Source: Auanema rhodensis (Eukaryota > Animalia > Nematoda). From it: a stretch of 64,000 nt of DNA. The notes under the pieces were generated by a model. The model made no database searches. It was not told the DNA's origin and worked only from the letters and a program-made list of their open reading frames with translations. Location: assembly GCA_964057225.1 (NCBI GenBank), contig OZ059894.1, forward strand, positions 10,912,001-10,976,000. Reading direction: 5' to 3'. The first letter of the stretch is position 1. The number at the start of each line of letters is the position of its first letter. Positions 20,561 through 31,503 of this stretch are shown in pieces. The translations under genes were made by a program, and so were the position numbers.

Positions 20561-21205
20561 ATGACCTCCTCTCTCGCCAACGTCACACTCTCTACATTCC
20601 TCGCAACTCCAACACCACTGGTCCCTCTAGCGACCACTATTGAGCAAGAATGGATAGAGGTAGAAAACCTTCGCGAAGGTCTTCTACCTATCAACTGCAT
20701 GAAGCCGAACTTAGGACCAATAATAAGCCTCCAAACGAGCAAATTGGAAAAGAAGACACAGCACATCCTATTTATGATGGAGCTATTGGAGGAGAAAACC
20801 AAAAACTATAAGGAACACGATCTGAAGGAGCTTCGCCAGCATCAAAAGAAATGGACAGAAGGATGTTCTCTCAGCCAGAAAGAGAACAGAATCCGAAACA
20901 TAATGCTGGGACAACCCGCCAGAACGCAGACCACAGCTGACATCTACAAAGCAATGCCGACGTGGACAACACAGATGACACAACAAGCTGTAGGAAATAG
21001 CGGAACCGAAGAAGAAGCATCGTGGATAGAGATAGGGCAAGACCTATCAGTAGTAATCAAAAAACTACTGACAAAAAGGACTACCAACATGTCCGCATCA
21101 AAAAGTAAGGCAAAAGCAGTTAGCCAAACCATCAGAACAATGGAGCTGCTTGGACTAGCATCAATGACAGAAATGATCCAAGAAATTGACCAACTGGCGG
21201 ATTAA
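20561..21205 (+). CDS. Gypsy 1 accessory 3' ORF (214 aa, predicted helical, unknown function)
   Basis: Open frame after pol, TATATAAAG 53 nt upstream, positional and weak sequence homologue at 30558-31187. Confidence 0.7.
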   Translation: MTSSLANVTLSTFLATPTPLVPLATTIEQEWIEVENLREGLLPINCMKPNLGPIISLQTSKLEKKTQHILFMMELLEEKTKNYKEHDLKELRQHQKKWTEGCSLSQKENRIRNIMLGQPARTQTTADIYKAMPTWTTQMTQQAVGNSGTEEEASWIEIGQDLSVVIKKLLTKRTTNMSASKSKAKAVSQTIRTMELLGLASMTEMIQEIDQLAD

Positions 21206-21383
21206 AGAAGAGAGGAAAGGTCTAAATCATTTATAAAATTCTATCTCTTAAAATTTTTCTCTTTATCAATAGTTTGTTGAAAAATTTGCTTTATCTCATG
21301 CCATTTTATTTTTTTTATTTTTCGCGCTTAATTATTATTTGCATATAACAGCTGAGGTCAGCTGACTTGTATCCGTTGGGGCA

Positions 21384-21840
21384 TGTTACATACATATCTC
21401 AAAGGAAAGCAGCTGACCATGGCAGCTGCTATTATTAAACTAATGCAGATAGTTTTTAAGCAATTCTGAGAATATTCTAGATGCACTTTTTATAAGCTTT
21501 GTAATATTTTGTGTAAACTGAGTAGGAGTTGTATGGATATATAAACCTGAGTCCTCAAGACTCAGGCATCTCATCATCTCATCATCTCATCATCTCATCA
21601 TCTCATCATCTCATTATCTCATTATCTTACTTTCTCTTTATCTTCTTTATATTCGCTTTCTTAACTCTAGCTTTAATCTTCGTATAATTATATTATAATG
21701 CGAACAATAAACCTTTATATATTTCATCTCTTGTTTCTTATTTCACCTTACATTACACACATATATTTAAAATCATACTCATCTTCTCATAGTCTGTTTG
21801 GATCTCTCAACTTGGAACCATTGAGAATCTAAATGGAACG
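21384..21840 (+). repeat. 3' LTR of gypsy 1
   Basis: Direct repeat of 9669-10133 followed by TSD GACC. Confidence 0.95.
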
Positions 21841-23281
21841 GACCACAAAGAAAACAACAGGAACAGTAACAATAACAACAAAAAAAATTTTTTTCACCTA
21901 TGTGTCTAAAGGTTAGCCATGTATCCGTTTATATATATATATATCAACAGTAAAAAGTCCAATCAAGAGAGAAATTTTTTCAACACATAGTTGTACCGGT
22001 GCTCACACATGTTAAACACAAAAATAATAAAATTAAATTGATTGGAAGAATTATTTTTCAACTTTTTTTTCACATCTAACAATCACTGTTTTTGCTCATA
22101 ACTTTTTTAATTCGCAATTCGTGATCATATATAACAAGTTTCCATCAATATTGATTCTTTTAAAATTTTTTTTTCATCAATTTTGTACTTACTTACTTCT
22201 CTGAAAAATGTTTTACCATGTATCCATTTGGATACATGTCACCAGTTAAAAGAACCATCATGTTGGAATCATCTCAAACTACGTTTTTATAGGTTTTCCA
22301 ACATGCTGGACACAAATATTACATATTTAGAGCAATTGGAACAATTCTTTTTTTTAACATTCTTTAACATAAGGGTCCCCCCTACCTTTCTTTCTATTTT
22401 TTCTTCATATGTACGTAGATACTATAGAGAACTATGATAGAAAACTTTAACATTCACGAAATCATCATTTCTCATTACGCTACGGAGGTTTAAAAAGTTG
22501 TGTTTTACCTTATAATAGACCGGAAAACCCTTGTGTTAAAACTGGACCGTTTTTACACATATAAAAATGTCCCGTATTCGGGACCCTAATGTAACTTTTG
22601 ATTCCCTATATTTTTTTTCATGAAATTTACAATCTACTGTAGAAAGAAGAATTATTTTTATAAAAACTGTAAATTTTTGAAAAATGAAAACAAAACGAAA
22701 ACAAAAACAACTTTTTTTTGAACATTTTCTCACACAAGGGTCCCCCCTTACCTACTTTTTTTCTCATTACTCGTTTCAACCTCATCCGATCACTCTGCAA
22801 ACATGTTTAATCGTTCTAACTTGTTGAAATACGTCTTAAAAGTCTAAACAACATGCATATGCATAATAGAAACCACCCGAATAGGCCCCCACGCACTAAA
22901 CGAGATATATACATTACCAGTATAGTAATAGAACACATATTGAAGATTAATTCGATAAGAACAATTTATTGACGTAGAGAATGTTTGTTCCGAAAAACTA
23001 CAATATTAAACTATAAAAGTAACAAAAGCGTAGAGGCAGCAAAGACATGAATAAACATAAATGTAAATACAGAATTACCAGGTAGTACATAAGTATGACA
23101 AAAAATTATAAGAAAGCCATGAAAATAGAAGGTTTGTGAACAAATGAGAGGTACATCTTTGATCGTATAGTCATTTCTAAACCGTTCGTATGCTGCAGCA
23201 TCGTCATAAGCGTCACTCAAGTTGAATTTCCATGTGTACTACACGATTTTCATTCTTATTGTTACATTCTTTCCCTGAGGG
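21841..23281 (-). repeat. Array spacer (U2 downstream to next 5S upstream), including the fossil element at 22931-23185
   Basis: Reverse complement of ~46527-48216 with a ~250-bp internal deletion near 22387. Confidence 0.9.
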
Positions 23282-23429
23282 AATGGGCCGTTCCCGCCAG
23301 CAGTGCAAGAGCGGGTCGACCCGTGAGGTGGAGCTAGCAAGCCAGCATCTACCTCAAGTCTCAAAAATCGGTTAACCTTATTGTGAACCAATGGAACACA
23401 TATCGAAGGTTAATTCGATAAGAACGATT
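23282..23429 (-). ncRNA. U2: U2 snRNA 3' part (nt 39 to ~186), interrupted
   Basis: Same sequence as 609-756. Confidence 0.95.
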
Positions 23430-23808
23430 AATGGTTTATTGAATAACTAATGTTATGATACAATAAATAACCAATAAAAAAGAGCCCAGAATCGGGGAGA
23501 CGGTATTACCAGTACAACTTAAAACAGCAAGTAATTAAAAAGTACATAATAAGACACATTGCCAACAGAGGCTAAAACGACTCAAGAGTCGGGGGAGTGG
23601 GTTAAAAAAAATGAACAAAAAAATGAATATTAAAGCAGAACAATGAGAAATCAAGTGCCGCTATGATCAAACAATTTGAGTGCCTACGGCAATGATGTTA
23701 AAAATAAACAACAAAATACATGTACCAATGAAGGTCAGAAAGAAAGAAACAAAAGACAAAAATAAGTAATACAAAAAGTAAATACATTACAATCAAATCA
23801 CAAACAAG

Positions 23809-26800
23809 TCAATTGATAATTTCTTCTTCATATTGCCTTACACCAGAAACATGTTCCACGTAGATATTCCTGGCCCACTTGATGGTATCGGCGACGACGA
23901 GCTTCTCCATTAGCCGGTTGTAGTGGCTGCTGATCTTGAGTGATCGGAGGGCTTGTCCGTTGAGCGGGTCCATAGTTCCAAGCATTCCTACGACATATGC
24001 TTCTACACTAGTCTTATAACCAAGACATTGGTATTGGCTGGCTATGTCAGCATATTTCCTCTCCTTTATCATACGCGCGGCTATCATGGCTTGACGGCGG
24101 TTTTCATAGCTCACTGTAACATCAACGATACTACAGTGTTTTGCGTCATGATCGACCACTACTATGTCAGGTCGGAGTGTACTATTAATGCCAGGAAGAG
24201 GCTGGTTAGTGTAAACTTCTCCGTTTTTAGGCTCTGGCAGGGCTTTGATAAGACGGTCCACGATGTTGTTGTGGCGGAGTTGGATTGCTCTCGTGTGAGA
24301 GTGGCAGTGTCCAAGAACATGTGCAGCAGTTTCGTTGGAGTAACTACACCTGCGGCACTGTTTGTTTCCTTCTCCGTGTCTTCTACAGCCATTGAGCTGG
24401 AGAGTATTGAGTCGAGCCTTGTGGATGAATCGCCAATCAGCAAACCGTATGAAATCTCCCTTCGCCATAAAGTGATTGGACGCTTTGTTGAGCATTGTGA
24501 CATCAAAGACTTTCCCTTGATCCGGTTTTTGAAGAAGGATCCGAAGGTCTTTCAGCCATAATGCACGTCGCAGGCTTCTGTGGCATAGTGAAGGTGTTAA
24601 CAGTTGGTTGTTTAGATTGAGTTCTAAACCACTTTCGAGGCATGTCCAGTTAGCGTTGATGAGTTTCTTGAGTTGACGCATCGCTACTCTTACTCTAGTC
24701 CAGATGGAGGAAACATCAGATGTTTCGGTGTCGAAAATGCCATCAACGGAACCGTTGTAATATGCAGCTGTCTCATCGTTACTGGCTTGACGTTTAATCC
24801 TTTTTGATGCTACTTTTTTTGAGTCTTGATGCGCAATATCAGCTACTACAAGATCAGATGACTTCAAAAGTTGGTAGGCATGAGTGACTTCACAGACGTC
24901 TGACAGGTGTTGGAGTCGAGAGAGACCAAGTCCGCCGTAGTTAGTTGGCAGGTAGATTGGTTCAGCACTGGCGTTTGGAGGATAGTGCATCCATCTACGG
25001 GCACAGCGTTTGAGTTCTTTGTCAAAGGCGACTAGTTTACTCTTTGGGACGTGGCCATTCGTCATATGAAAATTAAGGCAGGGCATCAGGAAGGTGCGTA
25101 CTGCGTCAGCTTTCTGCCATTCAGCAAGTAAGGATTTGTCAATTTTTTCCAAGTGTTGACTCATAATATTCACTGTTGGAACCGCAGACTTATGTAAATG
25201 CATTCCAGTAGGGATTCCCAGGTGGGAGTAGCTGTCGAATTTGCTGAGAGCGGGTAGAGAGGAGCTCTGTAGCATGTATGAGGCTGTTGATATTTTCCCT
25301 TTGTCGATCGTCAAGGTGGCGCATTTCGCTGGTTTGAAGGTCAAGCCTGTGAAATTAGCCGCATTTGATGCTGCGTCCAACATTTTCTGTAGATCTTCTG
25401 ATGATGAGGAGACCAGGGCAAGGTCATCGGCGTACGCTAGCACAGCGATGTTGTGGTTGTGTAGCTTATAGCCAGTAGAGGATTCCAAGATGGTTTTAAT
25501 TAGAGGTTCAATGGCAAGGTTGAACAGGATCGGAGATAGTGGGGATCCTTGTAACACACCTGCATGAACTGGAATGGTCGATGTGAGTCCGGAGCCTGTC
25601 TGGATTCTTGTAGAGGCATCTGTGTATAGAGCTCGTACTCGGGATATTGAGGCTTCAGCCACTCCTGACCATCTTAGAACGTCTAGCAGAGTTTCGTGTG
25701 GCAGCGATCCAAAAGCGTTTGCGAGATCAAGCCAAGCAATTGCAATTTTCTCACGTTTACGTTTAGCGTCCGCAATGGTACTTTGCAACATAAAGTTGTG
25801 TTCCATGCATCCAGCTTTGGCCACAAAGCCCTTTTGGGAGGGAGAAAGTCTTTTTTCTGCTCTTGCCCATGTTAGCAGTCGATGCGTAAGACAAGCTGAG
25901 TACGTCTTACCAATTGTGCACGAAAGTGCTATTGGTCGCCAGTTGTTAATGTCAGCTTTATCACCTTTCTTATGGATGAGGACGGTGGTCGACTCTTTCC
26001 AGGAAAAAGGGATGTGTCCTAGCTTGTGTACGGTGTTAAATATCGCTGCTAATATGTGACCTCCTTGGTCAAATTTCTTCCAGTGCGAGTATCGAAGTCC
26101 ATCAGCTCCTGGAGCCGTATCGCTGCAACGTCGTATGCGTTCCCAGACTTCCAAAGGGGTGAAAACACCTTCTAATGGGTCGGTACTAGCTGGCAAATCC
26201 GGTCTGGTGACTGTGATGGGGAGGGCTGGGCCTTGACTGCTGTGAACAGAAAGGAAATGTTTTTCAACCTCTGCAGATGGTATGGTGCAGGTTTCACTTT
26301 GTTCTCCGAGCAGTTGTCGAAAGGCTTTCTTCTTGTTGGCCCTCCAGAGCTTCTGGAGCTTCATCGCCTGGGTTTTTTGGTCTTCCTCAGGTTGTGTGTG
26401 TGGTCGGCGCCTTTGTCGGAAGTTGGGAACTTTGATCATAATGTCAAGAGACTTTCTGATTGCGTCTACCAACTCTTCCAGGACCTGCTCGAGCTCACTT
26501 TTGCACACAACCTTTTTAATTCTATCCACCCAAGTATTTTCAGAGTTTCTATTCGGATCAGGGTCGGCAAAAAATGGTTCTGTACTCGAAACCCTGATCT
26601 CGTTGAATATTTCACTCTCTCGCGGAAGGGGGGAAACTTCGGCCTCTGGGGACAAGTCCAGAATTGGGGCCTCAAACAAGCGTACCGTTGATGGAGATCC
26701 TTGTTCCTGTCCACTGGATGATGTTTCCTCCATTGTACGCTCCTCCACGGGCGGGGTGGTCGTCCTTGTGCCTGGTGGGCGGGTGTTCCTGATCCTCCGC

Positions 26801-27087
26801 AATATAGGGCGGGAACTGGGCTCTCTCGGAGATAGAGGTGAGATCACCACAGTTTCCTCTATGATGCGGAGGCATCCTTCAGCTTTTTTCTGATGGCTTT
26901 TAACGGCCTTCAGATTGCTGGTGAGGCCACAGGCACGGCACTCAAATTCTACTCCGACCTCATGTTCTCTCCGAAGATGGCGGACGAGACCATTGTGGTC
27001 TGAGTAGGATCGCGGAATAGGAGCGCAGATTGAACAAGAAAAAGGGCTCTGAAGAGGCACCTTTAGCTTGTAAAGCCCTTGCTCCAT
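23809..27087 (-). CDS. Family A protein: two N-terminal zinc fingers, RT, CCHC knuckle, PD-(D/E)xK endonuclease (1092 aa, intact)
   Basis: CSIC..H..H, APGADG, NWRPI, WLDLANAFGS, GVLQGSPLSP, YADD, CRRC..ETAAHVLGHC, RHNNIV, RPDIV..DVTV..KERKY. Confidence 0.95.
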   Translation of the reverse strand: MEQGLYKLKVPLQSPFSCSICAPIPRSYSDHNGLVRHLRREHEVGVEFECRACGLTSNLKAVKSHQKKAEGCLRIIEETVVISPLSPREPSSRPILRRIRNTRPPGTRTTTPPVEERTMEETSSSGQEQGSPSTVRLFEAPILDLSPEAEVSPLPRESEIFNEIRVSSTEPFFADPDPNRNSENTWVDRIKKVVCKSELEQVLEELVDAIRKSLDIMIKVPNFRQRRRPHTQPEEDQKTQAMKLQKLWRANKKKAFRQLLGEQSETCTIPSAEVEKHFLSVHSSQGPALPITVTRPDLPASTDPLEGVFTPLEVWERIRRCSDTAPGADGLRYSHWKKFDQGGHILAAIFNTVHKLGHIPFSWKESTTVLIHKKGDKADINNWRPIALSCTIGKTYSACLTHRLLTWARAEKRLSPSQKGFVAKAGCMEHNFMLQSTIADAKRKREKIAIAWLDLANAFGSLPHETLLDVLRWSGVAEASISRVRALYTDASTRIQTGSGLTSTIPVHAGVLQGSPLSPILFNLAIEPLIKTILESSTGYKLHNHNIAVLAYADDLALVSSSSEDLQKMLDAASNAANFTGLTFKPAKCATLTIDKGKISTASYMLQSSSLPALSKFDSYSHLGIPTGMHLHKSAVPTVNIMSQHLEKIDKSLLAEWQKADAVRTFLMPCLNFHMTNGHVPKSKLVAFDKELKRCARRWMHYPPNASAEPIYLPTNYGGLGLSRLQHLSDVCEVTHAYQLLKSSDLVVADIAHQDSKKVASKRIKRQASNDETAAYYNGSVDGIFDTETSDVSSIWTRVRVAMRQLKKLINANWTCLESGLELNLNNQLLTPSLCHRSLRRALWLKDLRILLQKPDQGKVFDVTMLNKASNHFMAKGDFIRFADWRFIHKARLNTLQLNGCRRHGEGNKQCRRCSYSNETAAHVLGHCHSHTRAIQLRHNNIVDRLIKALPEPKNGEVYTNQPLPGINSTLRPDIVVVDHDAKHCSIVDVTVSYENRRQAMIAARMIKERKYADIASQYQCLGYKTSVEAYVVGMLGTMDPLNGQALRSLKISSHYNRLMEKLVVADTIKWARNIYVEHVSGVRQYEEEIIN

Positions 27088-27139
27088 CTCTAGCAGATCT
27101 AAAGACTTACGTAGTACAGTTGCAATATCGATTTAGCCA

Positions 27140-27197
27140 TTAACCTTATTGTGAACCAATGGAACACATATCGAAGGTTAATTCGATAAGAACGATT
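27140..27197 (-). ncRNA. U2 nt 39-96 segment (leader of family A copy 1; target of copy 2)
   Basis: Exact match to 46379-46436. Confidence 0.9.
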
Positions 27198-29183
27198 AAT
27201 GGTTTATTGAATAACTAATGTTATGATACAATAAATAACCAATAAAAAAGAGCCCAGAATCGGGGAGACGGTATTACCAGTACAACTTAAAACAGCAAGT
27301 AATTAAAAAGTACATAATAAGACACATTGCCAACAGAGGCTAAAACGACTCAAGAGTCGGGGGAGTGGGTTAAAAAAAAATGAACAAAAAAAATGAATAT
27401 TAAAGCAGAACAATGAGAAATCAAGTGCCGCTATGATCAAACAATTTGAGTGCCTACGGCAATGATGTTAAAAATAAACAACAAAATACATGTACCAATG
27501 AAGGTCAGAAAGAAAGAAACAAAAGACAAAATAAGTAATACAAAAAGTAAATACATTACAATCAAATCACAAACAAGTCAATTGATAATTTCTTCTTCAT
27601 ATTGCCTTACACCAGAAACATGTTCCACGTAGATATTCCTGGCCCACTTGATGGTATCGGCGACGACGAGCTTCTCCATTAGCCGGTTGTAGTGGCTGCT
27701 GATCTTGAGTGATCGGAGGGCTTGTCCGTTGAGCGGGTCCATAGTTCCAAGCATTCCTACGACATACGCTTCTACACTAGTCTTATAACCAAGACATTGG
27801 TATTGGCTGGCTATGTCAGCATATTTCCTCTCCTTTATCATACGCGCGGCTATCATGGCTTGACGGCGGTTTTCATAGCTCACTGTAACATCAACGATAC
27901 TACAGTGTTTTGCGTCATGATCGACCACTACTATGTCAGGTCGGAGTGTACTATTAATGCCAGGAAGAGGCTGGTTAGTGTAAACTTCTCCGTTTTTAGG
28001 CTCTGGCAGGGCTTTGATAAGACGGTCCACGATGTTGTTGTGGCGGAGTTGGATTGCTCTCGTGTGAGAGTGGCAGTGTCCAAGAACATGTGCAGCAGTT
28101 TCGTTGGAGTAACTACACCTGCGGCACTGTTTGTTTCCTTCTCCGTGTCTTCTACAGCCATTGAGCTGGAGAGTATTGAGTCGAGCCTTGTGGATGAATC
28201 GCCAATCAGCAAACCGTATGAAATCTCCCTTCGCCATAAAGTGATTGGACGCTTTGTTGAGCATTGTGACATCAAAGACTTTCCCTTGATCCGGTTTTTG
28301 AAGAAGGATCCGAAGGTCTTTCAGCCATAATGCACGTCGCAGGCTTCTGTGGCATAGTGAAGGTGTTAACAGTTGGTTGTTTAGATTGAGTTCTAAACCA
28401 CTTTCGAGGCATGTCCAGTTAGCGTTGATGAGTTTCTTGAGTTGACGCATCGCTACTCTTACTCTAGTCCAGATGGAGGAAACATCAGATGTTTCGGTGT
28501 CGAAAATGCCATCAACGGAACCGTTGTAATATGCAGCTGTCTCATCGTTACTGGCTTGACGTTTAATCCTTTTTGATGCTACTTTTTTTGAGTCTTGATG
28601 CGCAATATCAGCTACTACAAGATCAGATGACTTCAAAAGTTGGTAGGCATGAGTGACTTCACAGACGTCTGACAGGTGTTGGAGTCGAGAGAGACCAAGT
28701 CCGCCGTAGTTAGTTGGCAGGTAGATTGGTTCAGCACTGGCGTTTGGAGGATAGTGCATCCATCTACGGGCACAGCGTTTGAGTTCTTTGTCAAAGGCGA
28801 CTAGTTTACTCTTTGGGACGTGGCCATTCGTCATATGAAAATTAAGGCAGGGCATCAGGAAGGTGCGTACTGCGTCAGCTTTCTGCCATTCAGCAAGTAA
28901 GGATTTGTCAATTTTTTCCAAGTGTTGACTCATAATATTCACTGTTGGAACCGCAGACTTATGTAAATGCATTCCAGTAGGGATTCCCAGGTGGGAGTAG
29001 CTGTCAAATTTGCTAAGAGCGGGTAGAGAGGAGCTCTGTAGCATGTATGAGGCTGTTGATATTTTCCCTTTGTCGATCGTCAAGGTGGCGCATTTCGCTG
29101 GTTTGAAGGTCAAGCCTGTGAAATTAGCCGCATTTGATGCTGCGTCCAACATTTTCTGTAGATCTTCTGATGATGAGGAGACC
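27198..29183 (-). mobile_element. 5'-truncated family A copy 2 (ORF remnant 27578-29183)
   Basis: Near-identical to 23430-25414; truncated just after YADD; joined to U2 nt 20. Confidence 0.95.
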
Positions 29184-29203
29184 CCAAAAGGCCGAGAAGC
29201 GAT
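29184..29203 (-). ncRNA. U2: U2 nt 1-20 remnant (nt 21 to ~38 lost at the 5' junction)
   Basis: ATCGCTTCTCGGCCTTTTGG with intact upstream flank. Confidence 0.9.
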
Positions 29204-29645
29204 ACAGCATAGCCATGAGTATCAAAGACATCAAGCAAATGTATCGTACTTGTTACGAGTGCACTCTCTCATTTGAATATAAAAGTGTGGTTTGACAATC
29301 TTGACTGTACAGGTCATAAATGGCTCATATAAACTGTGGATTTACTCAACTTTTGGACTTATTTTTTTCTTATTCGAAGCGCTGCACTTTTTTCTATTCT
29401 TTTTATTCAAATACTTGTATATAGTTTTATATGTACGGTTGCAAAGTTTCCGAATATTTTATATATTTTTATACAATAATTAGGAGAAGGTTAATACAAT
29501 GAAATCTCCCAACTTTACAGTGTTTGTATTGCTTACAGTATCTAGAACAACCACTCTTGTAATATTAGAGCACATATCAATCAACAACTTTTTCTAGTTA
29601 TCAAAGCTTTTTTATTTCTTCAAGATATTTCAAATAAAATATAAA

Positions 29646-29764
29646 AGCTTACGACACCCGGGATTCCCAAGCCGTCTCCGATCCAAGTACTAACCGGGCC
29701 CAACGTTGCTTGACTTGCCAGATCGGACGGGATGGCGTACTTTCAACGTGGTATGGTCGTAAGC
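29646..29764 (-). rRNA. 5S rRNA: 5S rRNA, intact
   Basis: 119 nt GCTTACGACC...GTCGTAAGCT followed by oligo-T. Confidence 0.97.
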
Positions 29765-29961
29765 AATGTTATATTCTTCATTATCAGTTATATCACTCTA
29801 AATCTTGTTGTTAATAGTTAGGACCACAAAGAAAACAACAGGAACAGTAACAAATGAAATGCCCAAACTTTACAGTGTTCGAGTTATTTACAGTATCTAA
29901 GACTACCTCTGTCGTGTTATTAGAGCAAACATTCGATTAACAACAACTTTTTTTTAGTTAT

Positions 29962-30349
29962 CGTTTCCATTTGATTGCCCTAGGGTTCCGACTAGGGTTT
30001 TCAGATGGATTTTGTGCAAGGGTTTCATTGTTCAACAAGTAGTTAAATTAGCAACCGTTTTATTATATAGAGAAAAACTACAATAGGAAATGTTATAAAC
30101 TACAAACAAGTAAAGTTAAAGTCTAAAACTACATGATAGAAGATCTCCCTTAGTGTGTTTTCTACGGGTTTATATAGCAAACTATAGAATGTAAAAAGTG
30201 AATGAATTTGTATAAAAAGAATTACGTTCCACCTTATTCCGTGGAATCTTTTCTAAAAAGCTTTCGAATTCTAGTTTCTTATTTTATTTGATTAAACTAA
30301 AGTCGGTTGACGTAGTCAACCGCCTTCTCTATAAGTTATGTATGGAACA
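29962..30349 (-). repeat. 3' LTR of gypsy 2
   Basis: TGTTCCATAC...AATGGAAACG; shares blocks with 45382-45720. Confidence 0.8.
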
Positions 30350-30557
30350 TGCCTTATAGGAAAAAAAGTTAGCTGACCTCAGCTATAAGAAATTAGATTT
30401 CGTGTTTTTTTTTTTGAAACAAAAAAAAAATTGAAACAAGAATAGGAATAATAGAATAGGAAAGTGAATAATAGAGTGAATAGATGAAATAATAAAAAAA
30501 AAAAAAAAAATAAAAATAAAATGTTTTATTGATTCATCACCTCTTTCTTAGCAGTTT

Positions 30558-31187
30558 TCATCCTTCCTCCTCATTGATTTGTCCCATTTGAAAGTCGGTT
30601 GCTGTATGCTGCCCAGCGACGGTCCATGTGTGATAGAGACTGAGATCTGTCAGCAAATCTGTCGTCTGGTTGCATATCTTCTTTTTCATATCTTTCTGGT
30701 TCTGGGTGGTGGCGCCAGTTGCCATTAAAATCTTCAATGCTTGGCCAACTCGTTCTCCAGCTTTCCTTATTGACTGGTTTGCGGACTTGTTTAAACTCTC
30801 TTCTGTCCAACTCTTGTAGATTTCTTCTGCGGCCCATCTCGGGATTAGATCAGCGCTGCCTTCGTATTCTGGGATTGAATAGCCTAATTCTTGACGCAGT
30901 TTGCGGATGGTGAACTTGGTGCGGACGGTGGCTGACAACCAGTTCTTTGCCATTTTGGCCATTTCGTCTTCTTCATGGTTACATAAACATTGTAACCTTT
31001 CCAGAGTTTCTATCAATAGAGTCACTCTGGATAGATTCTCCGAGAAGGACCGAAGAATCTTTAGTTTCTTGGGGTTGTCTTTCTCCAGCTCTTGTAGCTC
31101 AATTTGGAGTGAATGGATGTTGATCCATTTTTCCTTGATCATTTCGATGGGTGTCTCGCAGACTAGAGGTGGAAGGTTGAGCGACAT
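30558..31187 (-). CDS. Gypsy 2 accessory 3' ORF (209 aa)
   Basis: ATG-initiated, TATATAAG 55 nt upstream, counterpart of 20561-21205. Confidence 0.7.
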   Translation of the reverse strand: MSLNLPPLVCETPIEMIKEKWINIHSLQIELQELEKDNPKKLKILRSFSENLSRVTLLIETLERLQCLCNHEEDEMAKMAKNWLSATVRTKFTIRKLRQELGYSIPEYEGSADLIPRWAAEEIYKSWTEESLNKSANQSIRKAGERVGQALKILMATGATTQNQKDMKKKICNQTTDLLTDLSLYHTWTVAGQHTATDFQMGQINEEEG

Positions 31188-31255
31188 CTTGTCGAATTCG
31201 GAGGATTTTTTTATCTGCTTGAGGTGTTTTTGAGCTTATATAGCTCCATGCAAAG

Positions 31256-31290
<35 letters not shown>

Positions 31291-31503
31291 CAGGTTACTG
31301 CAGGTGATGAATCGTTTTTTTTTTTTTGAACAGAGAAGGTAGAATTTTTAGAGAGATAGTGTGATTGATGACAAAAAAAAAATCAAATTTCGAAAACTTG
31401 AATGACTGATTATTGTTGTTTGTTTGATGAGAAAAAATGGGAAAATGATGCAAAAGTATAAATAAAGTAATTATGATAAAAAAAATGAATTTTCAAACTT
31501 GTT

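Larger units (their letters stand above)
9669..21840 (+). mobile_element. Ty3/gypsy (Metaviridae) element 1 with an envelope gene, inserted ~60 bp upstream of 5S
   Basis: LTRs 9669-10133 and 21384-21840 (differ by one 8-bp repeat unit and about one substitution); 4-bp TSD GACC; PR-RT-RH-IN order. Confidence 0.95.
23430..27197 (-). mobile_element. Full-length U2-targeting RLE non-LTR retrotransposon (Utopia/NeSL type), family A copy 1
   Basis: Single ORF with RT and C-terminal restriction-like endonuclease; 3' end abuts U2 nt 38/39; 5' end carries U2 nt 39-96. Confidence 0.93.

Noticed and set aside
23953-26893. Antisense ORFs of 100-200 aa over retroelement coding regions
   Set aside because: Shadow frames of real ORFs; their repetition only reflects element copy number
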